A stretch of DNA of 64,000 nt from Candidatus Parcubacteria bacterium (GTDB lineage Bacteria > Patescibacteriota > Patescibacteriia > Patescibacteriales > BM507), in contig PKTH01000040.1 of the NCBI GenBank assembly GCA_002869265.1, positions 5,120-69,119 on the forward strand. The letters run 5' to 3'. The translations under genes and the position numbers were made by a program. Below, one piece after another: positions 27,877-36,952 of the stretch. The notes beneath the pieces were generated by a model that was not told the origin of the DNA, searched no databases, and saw nothing but the letters and a program-made list of their open reading frames with translations. How positions within the stretch are numbered: the stretch's first letter is position 1; every line of letters starts with the position of its first letter.

Positions 27877-28740
27877 TTATTTATTAAAATTCCTACCAAC
27901 TGACCCAAATAAATTCATCTTACCTTCAGCCACTTCTTTGACTGCGGCAATACAAGGTCTTAGTAGATTTCTTGGGTCTGTCTCGTCTGGGTTTTCCTTA
28001 CAGGTCTTTTTGAGAGTTTCTGAAAATGCAACCTTAACATCCGTCCCAATGTTTATAACATTAACACCTTCTGCAATGGCTGCGATAATTTTTTGATCAT
28101 CCACACCTGAACCACCATGAAGAACAAAGGGTTTATTGGTTTTTGATTTAATCTCTTTTAATAAATCAATTTTAATGTCTTCGTTATCAAAGTTACCATG
28201 CGCAGTGCCTATAGCAGCGGCAATAGTATCTACTCCTGTTTTTTCTGAAAATTCAATAACTTCCTCTAGCTTTGCTATAGGGACATCCTCAATGGTACCC
28301 CCAACTGCTCCGTGTCCACCCATTATTGGCCCGATTTCCCCTTGCACCCAAACTCCTTTTTCGTGAGCAAAATCAATAACCTCCTTTGACAACTTTAAAT
28401 TCTCCTCAAAAGGCAAGGCAGAAGCATCAATATGAACAGAAGTAAATCCAGCTTTAATGCATTCATAGACCACATGATCTGTTTTACCGTGATCAAGGTG
28501 GAAAGTGACAGGAACGTCAGGGGCTATGTTTTCTGCTGCTGTCGTTACTAAATCAACAAAATTCTTTAAACCAATATATTTAATCGCTCCCTCAGAGGCT
28601 TGAATAATTACTGGAGAATCTAATTTTTGAGCTGTCTCAGCCACTGCAAGTATTGATTCCAGATTGTGGACATTAAAAGCCCCTACTGCATACTTGTTTT
28701 CTTCAGCATGCTTAACTATATCCTTGATGTGTGTTAACAT
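27877..28740 (-). CDS. fba: Class II fructose-bisphosphate aldolase
   Basis: YAVGAFN, HLDHG, IGTAHG, VLHGGSG, INIGTD. Confidence 0.93.
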   Translation of the reverse strand: MLTHIKDIVKHAEENKYAVGAFNVHNLESILAVAETAQKLDSPVIIQASEGAIKYIGLKNFVDLVTTAAENIAPDVPVTFHLDHGKTDHVVYECIKAGFTSVHIDASALPFEENLKLSKEVIDFAHEKGVWVQGEIGPIMGGHGAVGGTIEDVPIAKLEEVIEFSEKTGVDTIAAAIGTAHGNFDNEDIKIDLLKEIKSKTNKPFVLHGGSGVDDQKIIAAIAEGVNVINIGTDVKVAFSETLKKTCKENPDETDPRNLLRPCIAAVKEVAEGKMNLFGSVGRNFNK

Positions 28741-28743
28741 ATT

Positions 28744-29514
28744 TTATTTTTTTAATATTTTATTTGCTACGTGTAAAAATTCATCTGGATTCAAACTTGC
28801 TACACCGACCAAAAGGCCGTCAATATTATCAAGACCATTAAACCCAACTACGTTGTCTTTGTTTATACTCCCTCCATAAATAATTTTGAAATTATTCTCA
28901 ACAACATCTTCACCAAACATATCATTTAAGGTTAAACGAATAATCTTGTGGGCATAATCAGCCTCCGCGGGTTCAATTGCTGTCCCAGAGCCAATTGCCC
29001 AAATAGGTTCATAGGCAACAATTATTTCCTGATTGTCTTTAACCTCGATACCAGTCAAGGCTTGTTGAAGTTGTTCAAATAAAACATAATCTCTTCGGTC
29101 GGTTTTTCTTTCATCCCAGTTCTCTCCAATACAAACAATTGGCACCATATTCTCAACTGCCAACACGGCTTTTAGTTCCTTATGAATCATCTCATAGTTT
29201 TCCATTAAAAATTTCCTTCTCTCCGAATGGCCAATTATCACGTATTTACAACCAGCCTCTTTAAGCATACTAGCAGAAACCTCACCTGAATATGCCCCCA
29301 ACTCCTCCCAGAAAACGTCTTGGGCACCAAGACCAATGGTTGACCCTTGAATAATGTTATTCACCTCACAAATTGAAAGAAAGTTTGGACATATTACAAC
29401 CTCATCCTCACTAAAATTTGTAAACTTTTCTTTTACATCTTGGGCCAATTTCTTGCTTTCCGCCAAAGTAAGTTTCATCTTCCAGTTGGCAATTACAATT
29501 TTATTTTTACTCAT
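28744..29514 (-). CDS. tpiA: Triosephosphate isomerase
   Basis: ANWKM, IIGHSERR, AYEPIWAIG, IYGGS; GLLVGVASL where GGASL is expected. Confidence 0.96.
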   Translation of the reverse strand: MSKNKIVIANWKMKLTLAESKKLAQDVKEKFTNFSEDEVVICPNFLSICEVNNIIQGSTIGLGAQDVFWEELGAYSGEVSASMLKEAGCKYVIIGHSERRKFLMENYEMIHKELKAVLAVENMVPIVCIGENWDERKTDRRDYVLFEQLQQALTGIEVKDNQEIIVAYEPIWAIGSGTAIEPAEADYAHKIIRLTLNDMFGEDVVENNFKIIYGGSINKDNVVGFNGLDNIDGLLVGVASLNPDEFLHVANKILKK

Positions 29515-29545
29515 ATTATATAATTTAATTATTTAAATATGTTCT

Positions 29546-30556
29546 CTACCACAAAAAGTTATCATAAACCCAAGAAACTAAGTCATCAGTTTCATTGAAT
29601 CTCATTAATGGGTCATCAGCACCAAGAACCACTGAAACAACCTCCCTGCCATCATGATTTTTAAAAATACCAGCAAAACAAAAACCGGCTGCTTCAATAT
29701 AACCAGTTTTCCCACCAAGTAATTCTACTCCCTCTTTTGGATAAATACTTAATAAATTATCAGTACTGTATGCAATCTTACTCACGCCCTCCACTGTCTT
29801 AAAGTAATATTCTTTTTTTGTAACAGTGTTTCTTATATCTTCATTTTCTAAAACTTCTTGAAGTAAAATTGCAAGATCCCTGGCATTAGAAACATTAAAA
29901 GAAGAAATCCCTATTGGGTCAACATAGTTTGTATTTGTCATCCCAAGTTCTTGGGCTTTTTCATTCATTTTAGCCACAAATTCCTCTTCGGTCATACCGG
30001 TCGAATTAGCCAAGGCTTTTGTAGCAGTGTTTGCAGAAGCAACTAGGCTCAAATTAAACAAATCAATTATTCTAACCTTGTCTCCCAAATAAAGATATAT
30101 TCTACCTCCTTCTACCCTATCCTCTCTTTTTAGCTCATAGATATTTTCCCAGCCCGGATTGTTCTCTAAAAAAACTAGAGCTGTCATCAGTTTTGTAATA
30201 CTGGCAATTGCTTGAATATTTTTAGAATTCTTATCAACAAAAACGTAATCACTCGATGGGCTGTAGATATAAACACTTCCAGAATTATAATCAGGGGTCT
30301 CTTCTTGGTAAATTTTTTGAGGAAAATTCTCTAAATCAAAAAAATCTTCAGAATATTCAATTCTATCTTCGGCTGTTGGAAGAAAATTCCTAGAACTCTC
30401 CTCTCTATATTCTTCGCTTATCCCTAAAACTTGGCCCCCTTCTTCTTTTTGTATAGAAAAGTCAGCCTCAACAAAATATGCCCCAAAGGTCATCATCAGA
30501 ACAAGCAACAAGCTTATCGGTAAATATATTTTGTTTGTTAATAAAAATTTTTTCAT
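29546..30556 (-). CDS. S11 family D-Ala-D-Ala carboxy/endopeptidase
   Basis: SxxK (ASITKLMT), SxN (ASAN) and KTG motifs; N-terminal TM. Confidence 0.9.
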   Translation of the reverse strand: MKKFLLTNKIYLPISLLLVLMMTFGAYFVEADFSIQKEEGGQVLGISEEYREESSRNFLPTAEDRIEYSEDFFDLENFPQKIYQEETPDYNSGSVYIYSPSSDYVFVDKNSKNIQAIASITKLMTALVFLENNPGWENIYELKREDRVEGGRIYLYLGDKVRIIDLFNLSLVASANTATKALANSTGMTEEEFVAKMNEKAQELGMTNTNYVDPIGISSFNVSNARDLAILLQEVLENEDIRNTVTKKEYYFKTVEGVSKIAYSTDNLLSIYPKEGVELLGGKTGYIEAAGFCFAGIFKNHDGREVVSVVLGADDPLMRFNETDDLVSWVYDNFLW

Positions 30557-31161
30557 TATTCTTTTTTAGCTTCCTCTGTTTTTTCCCTAACCTCTTCAGG
30601 CCCTGATGATTCTTCTTTCTTTTGATCTGGGTTTAAAACATCGTCAATAATTTCGTCCTGATTTAGTTTTTCATAATCAGGGAGTTCTTCAACGCTGCTA
30701 ATGCCCAAAAACCTCAAAAAATCTAAACTTACGTTATAGATAGACTCTCCGTTGTCCCTGTCCTCTTTTACTTCCACCAGTCCCCTTAAAAGAAGATTTC
30801 TTAGAATAAGACTGCAATTCACTCCACGTATTCTGTCAAGATCTAATTTTGGGATTGGCCCCTTATATGCAATAATTGTCAGAGTTTCAAGGCTTGGCCT
30901 AGAAAGCTCCCCAGTGGTTTCATCTTTAATAAATTCTTGAACATATTTTGTGTTCTCCGGTGAGCTAACCATTTGGTATTTAGAACCATTTTTAATTATC
31001 TGAATCCCTCTCTTATCTTCCTTATAAATATTTACCAATGAATCTCCAGCAGCCTTAACATCGCTCTCATCTTTTTTAAATATTTCCGCTAACTGTCTAG
31101 CAGACATTGGTTTGGCCGAGATAAACAACAGGGATTCTATTTTTGATTTTAAACTACTCAT
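30556..31161 (-). CDS. scpB: SMC-Scp complex subunit ScpB
   Basis: IESLLF, LSRPSLETLTIIAY, IRGVN, FLRFLGISSVEELP. Confidence 0.93.
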   Translation of the reverse strand: MSSLKSKIESLLFISAKPMSARQLAEIFKKDESDVKAAGDSLVNIYKEDKRGIQIIKNGSKYQMVSSPENTKYVQEFIKDETTGELSRPSLETLTIIAYKGPIPKLDLDRIRGVNCSLILRNLLLRGLVEVKEDRDNGESIYNVSLDFLRFLGISSVEELPDYEKLNQDEIIDDVLNPDQKKEESSGPEEVREKTEEAKKE

Positions 31162-31876
31162 AACTATTAACTTCTTTATATTTATTCAAATTAATTTCCG
31201 AAAATAATGAATTCTGATCAGCAACTATCTCTCTTTGTTTAATTAATTCAAGCATGGCGAGAAAGCTAACTATCTTTTCGGTTTTTGTTTTAGCTTCGGT
31301 TAGAAGCTTCGTAAAGCTAAGCTTCATTCTTGATTTTATTGTATTGCGAATAAAAGATATTTTATCATCTATGCTTACCTTGATTTCTATTTTATCATTA
31401 CCTAGCTTTTCAGGTGGTTTTATCCTCATTAAAAGCACCTTGAAAACTTCTTTCATTTCCTCCTTTTTCAGATCTTTAGGTGGAGAAAAAGTCGCCCTGT
31501 CACCAATAGCTGCTTTCCGATTAAATTCACGAGCAAACATGAATTTCTTTTTTCCTAGAATCGACTCTACTTTTTTTGTAGCATCCAAAAATCTCTTGTA
31601 TATCCGCAGTTGTTTCTCTAAATCCTCTATCTCCGCCTCTTCTTCTGGGTAGAGATAAGGAAGCATTGCCTTTGACTTAATCAAAAGAAGCCTGGCCGCA
31701 ACCAATAAAAAATCTGCCAAGTCCTCAGGAACAATAACACTAGTAGATCTGATATGCTCTACAAACTGATCCGCTATTTTGGATAATGAAATTTGGGTAA
31801 TATCTAACTCTTCCTTTTCAATTAATTTTAAAAGAAGACTTAGAGGTCCTTCAAATTTTTCTAATTTTATTTTCAT
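31154..31876 (-). CDS. scpA: Segregation/condensation protein ScpA (kleisin)
   Basis: LEKFEGPLSLLL, FLLVAARLLLIKS, FLAMLELIK, QNSLFSEI. Confidence 0.93.
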   Translation of the reverse strand: MKIKLEKFEGPLSLLLKLIEKEELDITQISLSKIADQFVEHIRSTSVIVPEDLADFLLVAARLLLIKSKAMLPYLYPEEEAEIEDLEKQLRIYKRFLDATKKVESILGKKKFMFAREFNRKAAIGDRATFSPPKDLKKEEMKEVFKVLLMRIKPPEKLGNDKIEIKVSIDDKISFIRNTIKSRMKLSFTKLLTEAKTKTEKIVSFLAMLELIKQREIVADQNSLFSEINLNKYKEVNSYE

Positions 31877-32505
31877 TACTTTTTTTTCTTTGCGGGACCC
31901 TTTTTCACGGGGCTCTTTTTCGGAGATGCTTTCTTAACTGCTTTTTTGGCACTCACTTTCTTCTTTGGGGTCTTTTTCTTTTTTGGGGCAGTCTTCGGTT
32001 TCTTTATTTTTTTCTTTACTCCAAATGAGCCAAGAAGCGCCTCCTCTAATTTAATAAAATCCTTTGTAGCCACCTCCACCGAATGATTAAAGCTTCCTGA
32101 TGAAAAAATTGCTTTTTTCAACTTAGCTAAGTTGTTATCCACTATCACGGGAATTTTGTGCATATTACCAAATGAACTCATCGCCCCACTCTTTATCTTG
32201 AAGACTGTCTCCATAATTTTCTCCCCTGGGATCTTAACTGATTTCACCTTTTCCCCTGTATTCTTTTCTATAGTTTTACTTACCTTGTTCAAGTCCAGAT
32301 TGTTGTCAGCAGGTAAAACTAAAATATAATAATCCTTGTCAGCTTTGACTAGAAGCGACTTAGCGATTTCATTAATTTTCTTCTTCATTGTCGCTGCCGC
32401 ATCCAAGGCTGTATAAACAGTTCTATGCTCTAATATTTCATGATTTATCCCCGCCTCTTCCAGATATTTAATCAGTTTTGGCGATATTTTCGTTTTTTTG
32501 GCCAT
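31876..32505 (-). CDS. YbaK/EbsC family aminoacyl-tRNA editing domain protein with Lys/Ala/Pro-rich tail
   Basis: EHRTVYTALDAA, IAKSLLVKAD, GAMSSFG, SGSFNHSV; start moved to ATG 32505. Confidence 0.82.
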   Translation of the reverse strand: MAKKTKISPKLIKYLEEAGINHEILEHRTVYTALDAAATMKKKINEIAKSLLVKADKDYYILVLPADNNLDLNKVSKTIEKNTGEKVKSVKIPGEKIMETVFKIKSGAMSSFGNMHKIPVIVDNNLAKLKKAIFSSGSFNHSVEVATKDFIKLEEALLGSFGVKKKIKKPKTAPKKKKTPKKKVSAKKAVKKASPKKSPVKKGPAKKKK

Positions 32506-32607
32506 AATTTTAGTATTAGTAATGATATAATTATATCCTAATTTATAAGGATTGGCAAAGAAAATATCACACATATAAAGACACGAAATGACACTTTTTT
32601 CAAATAT

Positions 32608-32635
32608 AAAAGACCGCAATTTTTACGGTCTTTTA
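32608..32635. terminator. Intrinsic terminator
   Basis: AAAAGACCG...CGGTCTTTT. Confidence 0.65.
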
Positions 32636-32638
32636 GGG

Positions 32639-33007
32639 TTAATTAATAACCCTTTTCTTAAATGAACAAGTGGAACACATGAGAGGGTTTCTGCCAGTAT
32701 TCTGTACTCGCAAACAGTGGCGGCTCAAGGCCGGTACGGTACACTTACCAGGTTTAAAAATCCCTGAATCAATTAGTCTTACGCCCTTCCCGACTCCGTC
32801 AATAAAGCTCAAACGATTTATCCGAACAAACTTATCGGATGAAGTGTTCGGTGAGGCTAAGTACCTGTTAAATGAACAGGCTGTGCATAGTGAGTTCTTT
32901 CCCCCTCTCTGCATCTTGAAACACCCTTCTGTCCAACCAAGGTTTCCACACTCAGGCTTAACTAAGCCAGCACATCTAAGTCTTTCAATTTGCTTTTGAT
33001 GAAACAC
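32639..33007 (-). CDS. Small protein with two copies of a four-Cys motif
   Basis: AAGGAG-7 nt-GTG start; C-x8-C-x11/12-C-x2-C-S-F occurs twice. Confidence 0.65.
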   Translation of the reverse strand: MFHQKQIERLRCAGLVKPECGNLGWTEGCFKMQRGGKNSLCTACSFNRYLASPNTSSDKFVRINRLSFIDGVGKGVRLIDSGIFKPGKCTVPALSRHCLRVQNTGRNPLMCSTCSFKKRVIN

Positions 33008-33175
33008 TGTCTGTCTCCTTTGTGGTGTTTTTAGTTAAAAGGTCTATAAAAGATACTTCTCTAGACAAATCAAGACCACCCGGAAAGGTGGTCCACCTCG
33101 TATTTCTTACTGCCATCTCAGCTCTCGCCAATAAAATATTCCTATCTGCCTCCATGTCTAAAATCGTATTATGAA

Positions 33176-33204
33176 ATACTACAATACTTTTGTTATTTTT
33201 TCAA
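33176..33204 (-). promoter_or_regulatory. sigma70 promoter upstream of a structured leader
   Basis: TTGAAA-17 nt-TAGTAT. Confidence 0.55.
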
Positions 33205-33214
33205 GCCTTCGGGC

Positions 33215-34150
33215 TTATCTAATTAGTTCTTCTTTCATTAAAGCTGAAATGTCGTCTACCCTTCTCTCAAAGCATTGCTCTCCGGCATCGTGAAGCCATT
33301 CCTGTTTTAAATATGAATATCGATAATCATCATCCGTGTCTTTATTGCTTAAATAAAAATTAGCACAAATCCTATACTTAGTGTCTTCTATAACACTATA
33401 GGCGAAAAATTCATTTGACCCTGGGCTATACAGATTTTTTTCCTGAACCAGCGTATTTGATTCATTAAGCAGCTCTCTCAATTCAGCTGGTATCTGATTG
33501 TTTAATCTATAGTATTCACTAATAGAGTTATCAACATTGCTCAACCTGAGTAAAGTTTCGTTATCTATCTTTCTTAGTCTGGCGTCTTTCGGAGATTCTA
33601 CAAAAATAAACGCAGATACTAATGTCACCAACACTACCAGAGCAGTTACAGATGAATAAATTAAGACTACCCTGTCCTTTTTGCCAAGCACTTCCTTCCG
33701 CTTGAGATCATAAAAATAATAAGAAAAAACTGTTCCAGCAATAGCGACGGCGGTGATGGCCTTAAGTATGAATTTCAATGTAAGTTCACCATCTAGAAAA
33801 TTGAAAATAATTCCCACAAACCAACCGGACATAACAATAAAAGAAATTAACAAAATTAAATAAGATAACCACTTCCTTATCTGAGAGTCTTTTTCTAGTT
33901 CACCAGAATGCAAACTCTTATTAATTAGATGCGAAACATAATAGAAAATCGGTGCGGAAATTATAATCGAAGAAATTGAAAATCGAAGAGACGAAGAGGA
34001 ATAAGTGCCCCGAAGTTCATTAAGAACATCCACCACGTATTTGTTAATAATCTGAAAGATTATTGAACCAGTGGCCATTGCTAAAGAGATAAGAGAAATC
34101 AGAGACAAAAGATAAAAAAACGCAAATTTTGCAGGATTATTATTAGTCAT
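33215..34150 (-). CDS. Multi-pass membrane protein (DUF5671-like)
   Basis: Several TM helices; IRKWLSYLILLI, NFLDGELTLKFILK, YRICANF. Confidence 0.7.
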   Translation of the reverse strand: MTNNNPAKFAFFYLLSLISLISLAMATGSIIFQIINKYVVDVLNELRGTYSSSSLRFSISSIIISAPIFYYVSHLINKSLHSGELEKDSQIRKWLSYLILLISFIVMSGWFVGIIFNFLDGELTLKFILKAITAVAIAGTVFSYYFYDLKRKEVLGKKDRVVLIYSSVTALVVLVTLVSAFIFVESPKDARLRKIDNETLLRLSNVDNSISEYYRLNNQIPAELRELLNESNTLVQEKNLYSPGSNEFFAYSVIEDTKYRICANFYLSNKDTDDDYRYSYLKQEWLHDAGEQCFERRVDDISALMKEELIR

Positions 34151-34215
34151 ATTTTTAATTTATTTATTAATATAATATATTAGTTAAATTAAATATATAT
34201 TAATTTAATTATAAC

Positions 34216-34250
34216 AAAAAAAGAAGTGCTTCAACACACTTCTTTTTTTA
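34216..34250. terminator. Terminator after aspS
   Basis: AAAAAAGAAGTG...CACTTCTTTTTT. Confidence 0.7.
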
Positions 34251-34264
34251 ACTAGTATTTGCGA

Positions 34265-36043
34265 TTATTTGCTTCTCAGCTTAATATGAACATCTTTCAA
34301 TTGCTTTTCATCAACTGCCAGAGGTGAATCCATCATAGCGTCTCTAGCTTGTCCATCTTTAGGAAAAGCATAAATATCTCTAATCGAGTCTCCATCCAAT
34401 AACACCATTAACAATCTGTCTAACCCAGGAGCAATTCCACCATGAGGTGGTGCCCCATACTGAAATGCTTTAATCATGGCTCCAAATTTCTTATCAACAT
34501 CCTCTTTGGTGTAACCTGCAATCTCAAAAGCCTTATACATAATATCTGGACGATGGTTTCTAATTGCCCCAGAAGATATTTCAAATCCATTTACTACCAA
34601 GTCATACTGATAAGCTTTTATCTCGAGTGGATCTTTTGTCTCCAGGGCCTCCATTCCGCCTTGTGGCATTGAAAAAGGATTGTGAGAGAAATCAATTTTC
34701 CCTTCTTCTATTTCAGAGTAGTCATACATTGGATAATCATGTATCCATAACCAAGCAGCTTTCTTAGGATCCTTAAGCCCAAGTCTTTCCCCACATTCGC
34801 TTCTAACAGCTCCTAGGGCTTCACATACCACTCTCCATTTATCTGCTCCAAAGAAAACTATATCACCAGCCTTAGCTCCAAGTTTTGTTATAATCTCCTT
34901 TGCTAAGTCCTCACCCAAAAATTTTATAATTGGGGAGTTTAGTGTCCCGTCTTCTTTTACAGTAATATAGGCAAGCCCTTTAGCCTCTTTTGTTTTAGCA
35001 ACTTCTGTTAATTCATCGATTTCTCTCCTAGAGAATTTTGCTCCACCGTCTACCTTTAAAGCGTGTACCACTCCCCCAGACTCAACAGCTCCACTAAACA
35101 CTGAAAATCCGCTATCCTTAACCATGTCTGTAACCTTTTGAATTTCCATGTCAAAACGAAGATCTGGTTTATCTGTACCATATTTCTCCATTACCTCTTG
35201 GTATGTTATTCTCGGGAAAGGTTTTGAAATAATTTTTTTGTCAGAAAAGTTCTCAGTTAACTCAATCATCAATTTCTCAACAACCCCCCAAACGTCTTCC
35301 TGATTAACATAGCTCATCTCAAGATCTACTTGATAGAATTCACCAGGATGTCTATCCGAACGAGGGTCTTCGTCACGAAAGCAAGGAGCAATCTGAAAAT
35401 ACTTATCAACCCCGCCAACCATCAAGAGTTGCTTGAACTGCTGTGGGGCTTGCGGAAGGGCATAAAATGTTCCCGGGTGAAGTCTAGAAGGAACAAGAAA
35501 GTCACGCGCACCTTCTGGACTAGAGTTTGCTAGTATCGGAGTTTGGACTTCCAAAAATGCTTCTTTGTCAAAATAGTTTCTAATATAGGCAATAAATTCG
35601 TGTCTAGTTTTAAGCATTTTTTGCAGCTTCTCTCTTCTAAGATCCACAAACCTATATTTAAGCCTTATTGCTTCATTAGCTTCTTTAGCTTTTTCTTCAT
35701 CAAGCTCAAATGGAGGTGTTTTTGACTCACTTAAAACTTCTGTGTCCGAGATCTCAACCTCAATCTCTCCAGTCGCCATTTTTTCATTTACCATATCTTC
35801 TGGTCTGGCAACAACCTTACCAACAGCCTTGATAACCCACTCACTTCTGAATTTTTCAGCAATTGCCAAGGCTTCTTTATTGATCTCTGGATCAAACTTA
35901 ATTTGAGTCAAACCATACTTATCTCTAAGGTCAATAAAGATAATTCCTCCGTGATCTCTTCTTCGGTGGACCCATCCAGTTAGGGTCACTTCTTGGCCAA
36001 CTTCTTTTTTGGAAAGTTCACCACATGTGTGTGTTCTAATCAT
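34265..36043 (-). CDS. aspS: Aspartate--tRNA ligase
   Basis: RTHTCGEL, RRDHGGIIFIDLRD, PEGARDFLVP, FRDED, GAPPHGGIAPGLDR. Confidence 0.97.
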   Translation of the reverse strand: MIRTHTCGELSKKEVGQEVTLTGWVHRRRDHGGIIFIDLRDKYGLTQIKFDPEINKEALAIAEKFRSEWVIKAVGKVVARPEDMVNEKMATGEIEVEISDTEVLSESKTPPFELDEEKAKEANEAIRLKYRFVDLRREKLQKMLKTRHEFIAYIRNYFDKEAFLEVQTPILANSSPEGARDFLVPSRLHPGTFYALPQAPQQFKQLLMVGGVDKYFQIAPCFRDEDPRSDRHPGEFYQVDLEMSYVNQEDVWGVVEKLMIELTENFSDKKIISKPFPRITYQEVMEKYGTDKPDLRFDMEIQKVTDMVKDSGFSVFSGAVESGGVVHALKVDGGAKFSRREIDELTEVAKTKEAKGLAYITVKEDGTLNSPIIKFLGEDLAKEIITKLGAKAGDIVFFGADKWRVVCEALGAVRSECGERLGLKDPKKAAWLWIHDYPMYDYSEIEEGKIDFSHNPFSMPQGGMEALETKDPLEIKAYQYDLVVNGFEISSGAIRNHRPDIMYKAFEIAGYTKEDVDKKFGAMIKAFQYGAPPHGGIAPGLDRLLMVLLDGDSIRDIYAFPKDGQARDAMMDSPLAVDEKQLKDVHIKLRSK

Positions 36044-36067
36044 ATGTTTATTATAAATTTAATTTTA

Positions 36068-36305
36068 AATAAAAAGGTTCGTCTCCACGTATCACTAAAA
36101 ACGTAATACATAGGGACGAACCTTTCTACTAAGTCCGCGGTGCCACCCACATTCCCATCTCCAGTTTTATCTAAACTGGGGAGGGGCACTTTCAAAGCTA
36201 TTACGGGCTTACCCGTCAGGCTCTACTCTCTGTTAGTCAGATTTCTTCCTGCGCCTTTCCTGGTGTCAGCCAAGGTCAACGGCATTTTAGGCTATTCAAT
36301 TTTTT
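36068..36305 (-). ncRNA. T-box riboswitch leader of aspS (Asp specifier)
   Basis: T-box AATGTGGGTGGCACCGCG (36136-36153) pairs with CGTCCC; terminator AAAGGTTCGTC...GACGAACCTTTTT; GCTGACA apical motif; candidate specifier GAC at 36236-36238. Confidence 0.88.
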
Positions 36306-36317
36306 TCTTACTTTCAA

Positions 36318-36346
36318 AGTATACTCTGAATTATAATTTGTGTCAA
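36318..36346 (-). promoter_or_regulatory. sigma70 promoter of the T-box/aspS transcript
   Basis: TTGACA-17 nt-TATACT. Confidence 0.78.
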
Positions 36347-36350
36347 GAAT

Positions 36351-36376
36351 AAAAGCACCAATTAAATTGGTGCTTT
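36351..36376 (-). terminator. Intrinsic terminator
   Basis: AAAGCACCAATT-a-AATTGGTGCTTT. Confidence 0.7.
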
Positions 36377-36381
36377 AAGAC

Positions 36382-36600
36382 TTACTGAAAGTCCTCTGTA
36401 AGACTTCTGTCTATTTCTCTGTCAATCTCTGCTCGTGAAAAATCATATTTCGGTGGGCCTCTTCGACATGAACGTGGTGGATAACTATTTCCTTGAAACG
36501 ACCCAATTCCATGAGCCTTCAAGACCAATCTGTCAAATTCCTTATGATCACTTGGAATTTCTGATCCTGTAATTGCTTTAAATATTTTGCCTCCAGTCAT
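36382..36600 (-). CDS. Small hypothetical protein (72 aa)
   Basis: Purine-rich GGAAGGAAGGT before ATG 36600; followed by a terminator. Confidence 0.45.
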   Translation of the reverse strand: MTGGKIFKAITGSEIPSDHKEFDRLVLKAHGIGSFQGNSYPPRSCRRGPPKYDFSRAEIDREIDRSLTEDFQ

Positions 36601-36714
36601 CAATTTACCTTCCTTCCCGTATAAAAAGCTCAAGGTGTTGAATTGCTATTTTTGTTAATCACTTCCCCTGGGCTTTTTAAAATAAAGCCGAAACATGATG
36701 TTCCGGCTTTTTTT

Positions 36715-36918
36715 CTAAATAGTAACCGCCCCGATGCCGTTGCCGCCTTTTGCCCGAAGTTCCAGGCCAGGTTTGTCGGCATATCGACCCTTTTCATCCT
36801 CTGCGCTCGTGAGCGTCCTTTCTCCAAGGTCTACATAGAAGCCACCACTTCCTTGAAGAAAAAACATTGCTTTCTTGCCTGCTTCCAGCTCTTTAACGAA
36901 CTGACTGACTTGATCCAT
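36715..36918 (-). CDS. Small hypothetical protein (67 aa)
   Basis: AAGGAG 9 nt before ATG 36918; hairpin AAAGCCGGAAC..GTTTCGGCTTTT right after the stop. Confidence 0.5.
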   Translation of the reverse strand: MDQVSQFVKELEAGKKAMFFLQGSGGFYVDLGERTLTSAEDEKGRYADKPGLELRAKGGNGIGAVTI

Positions 36919-36952
36919 TGGATTCATCTCCTTTGCTGGGGTTGATTGGTTT

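Noticed and set aside
32670..32999. 109-aa plus-strand ORF
   Set aside because: Antisense to the ORF that has the SD, promoter and internal Cys repeat.
36140..36352. 70-aa plus-strand ORF
   Set aside because: Antisense to the T-box leader and its promoter.
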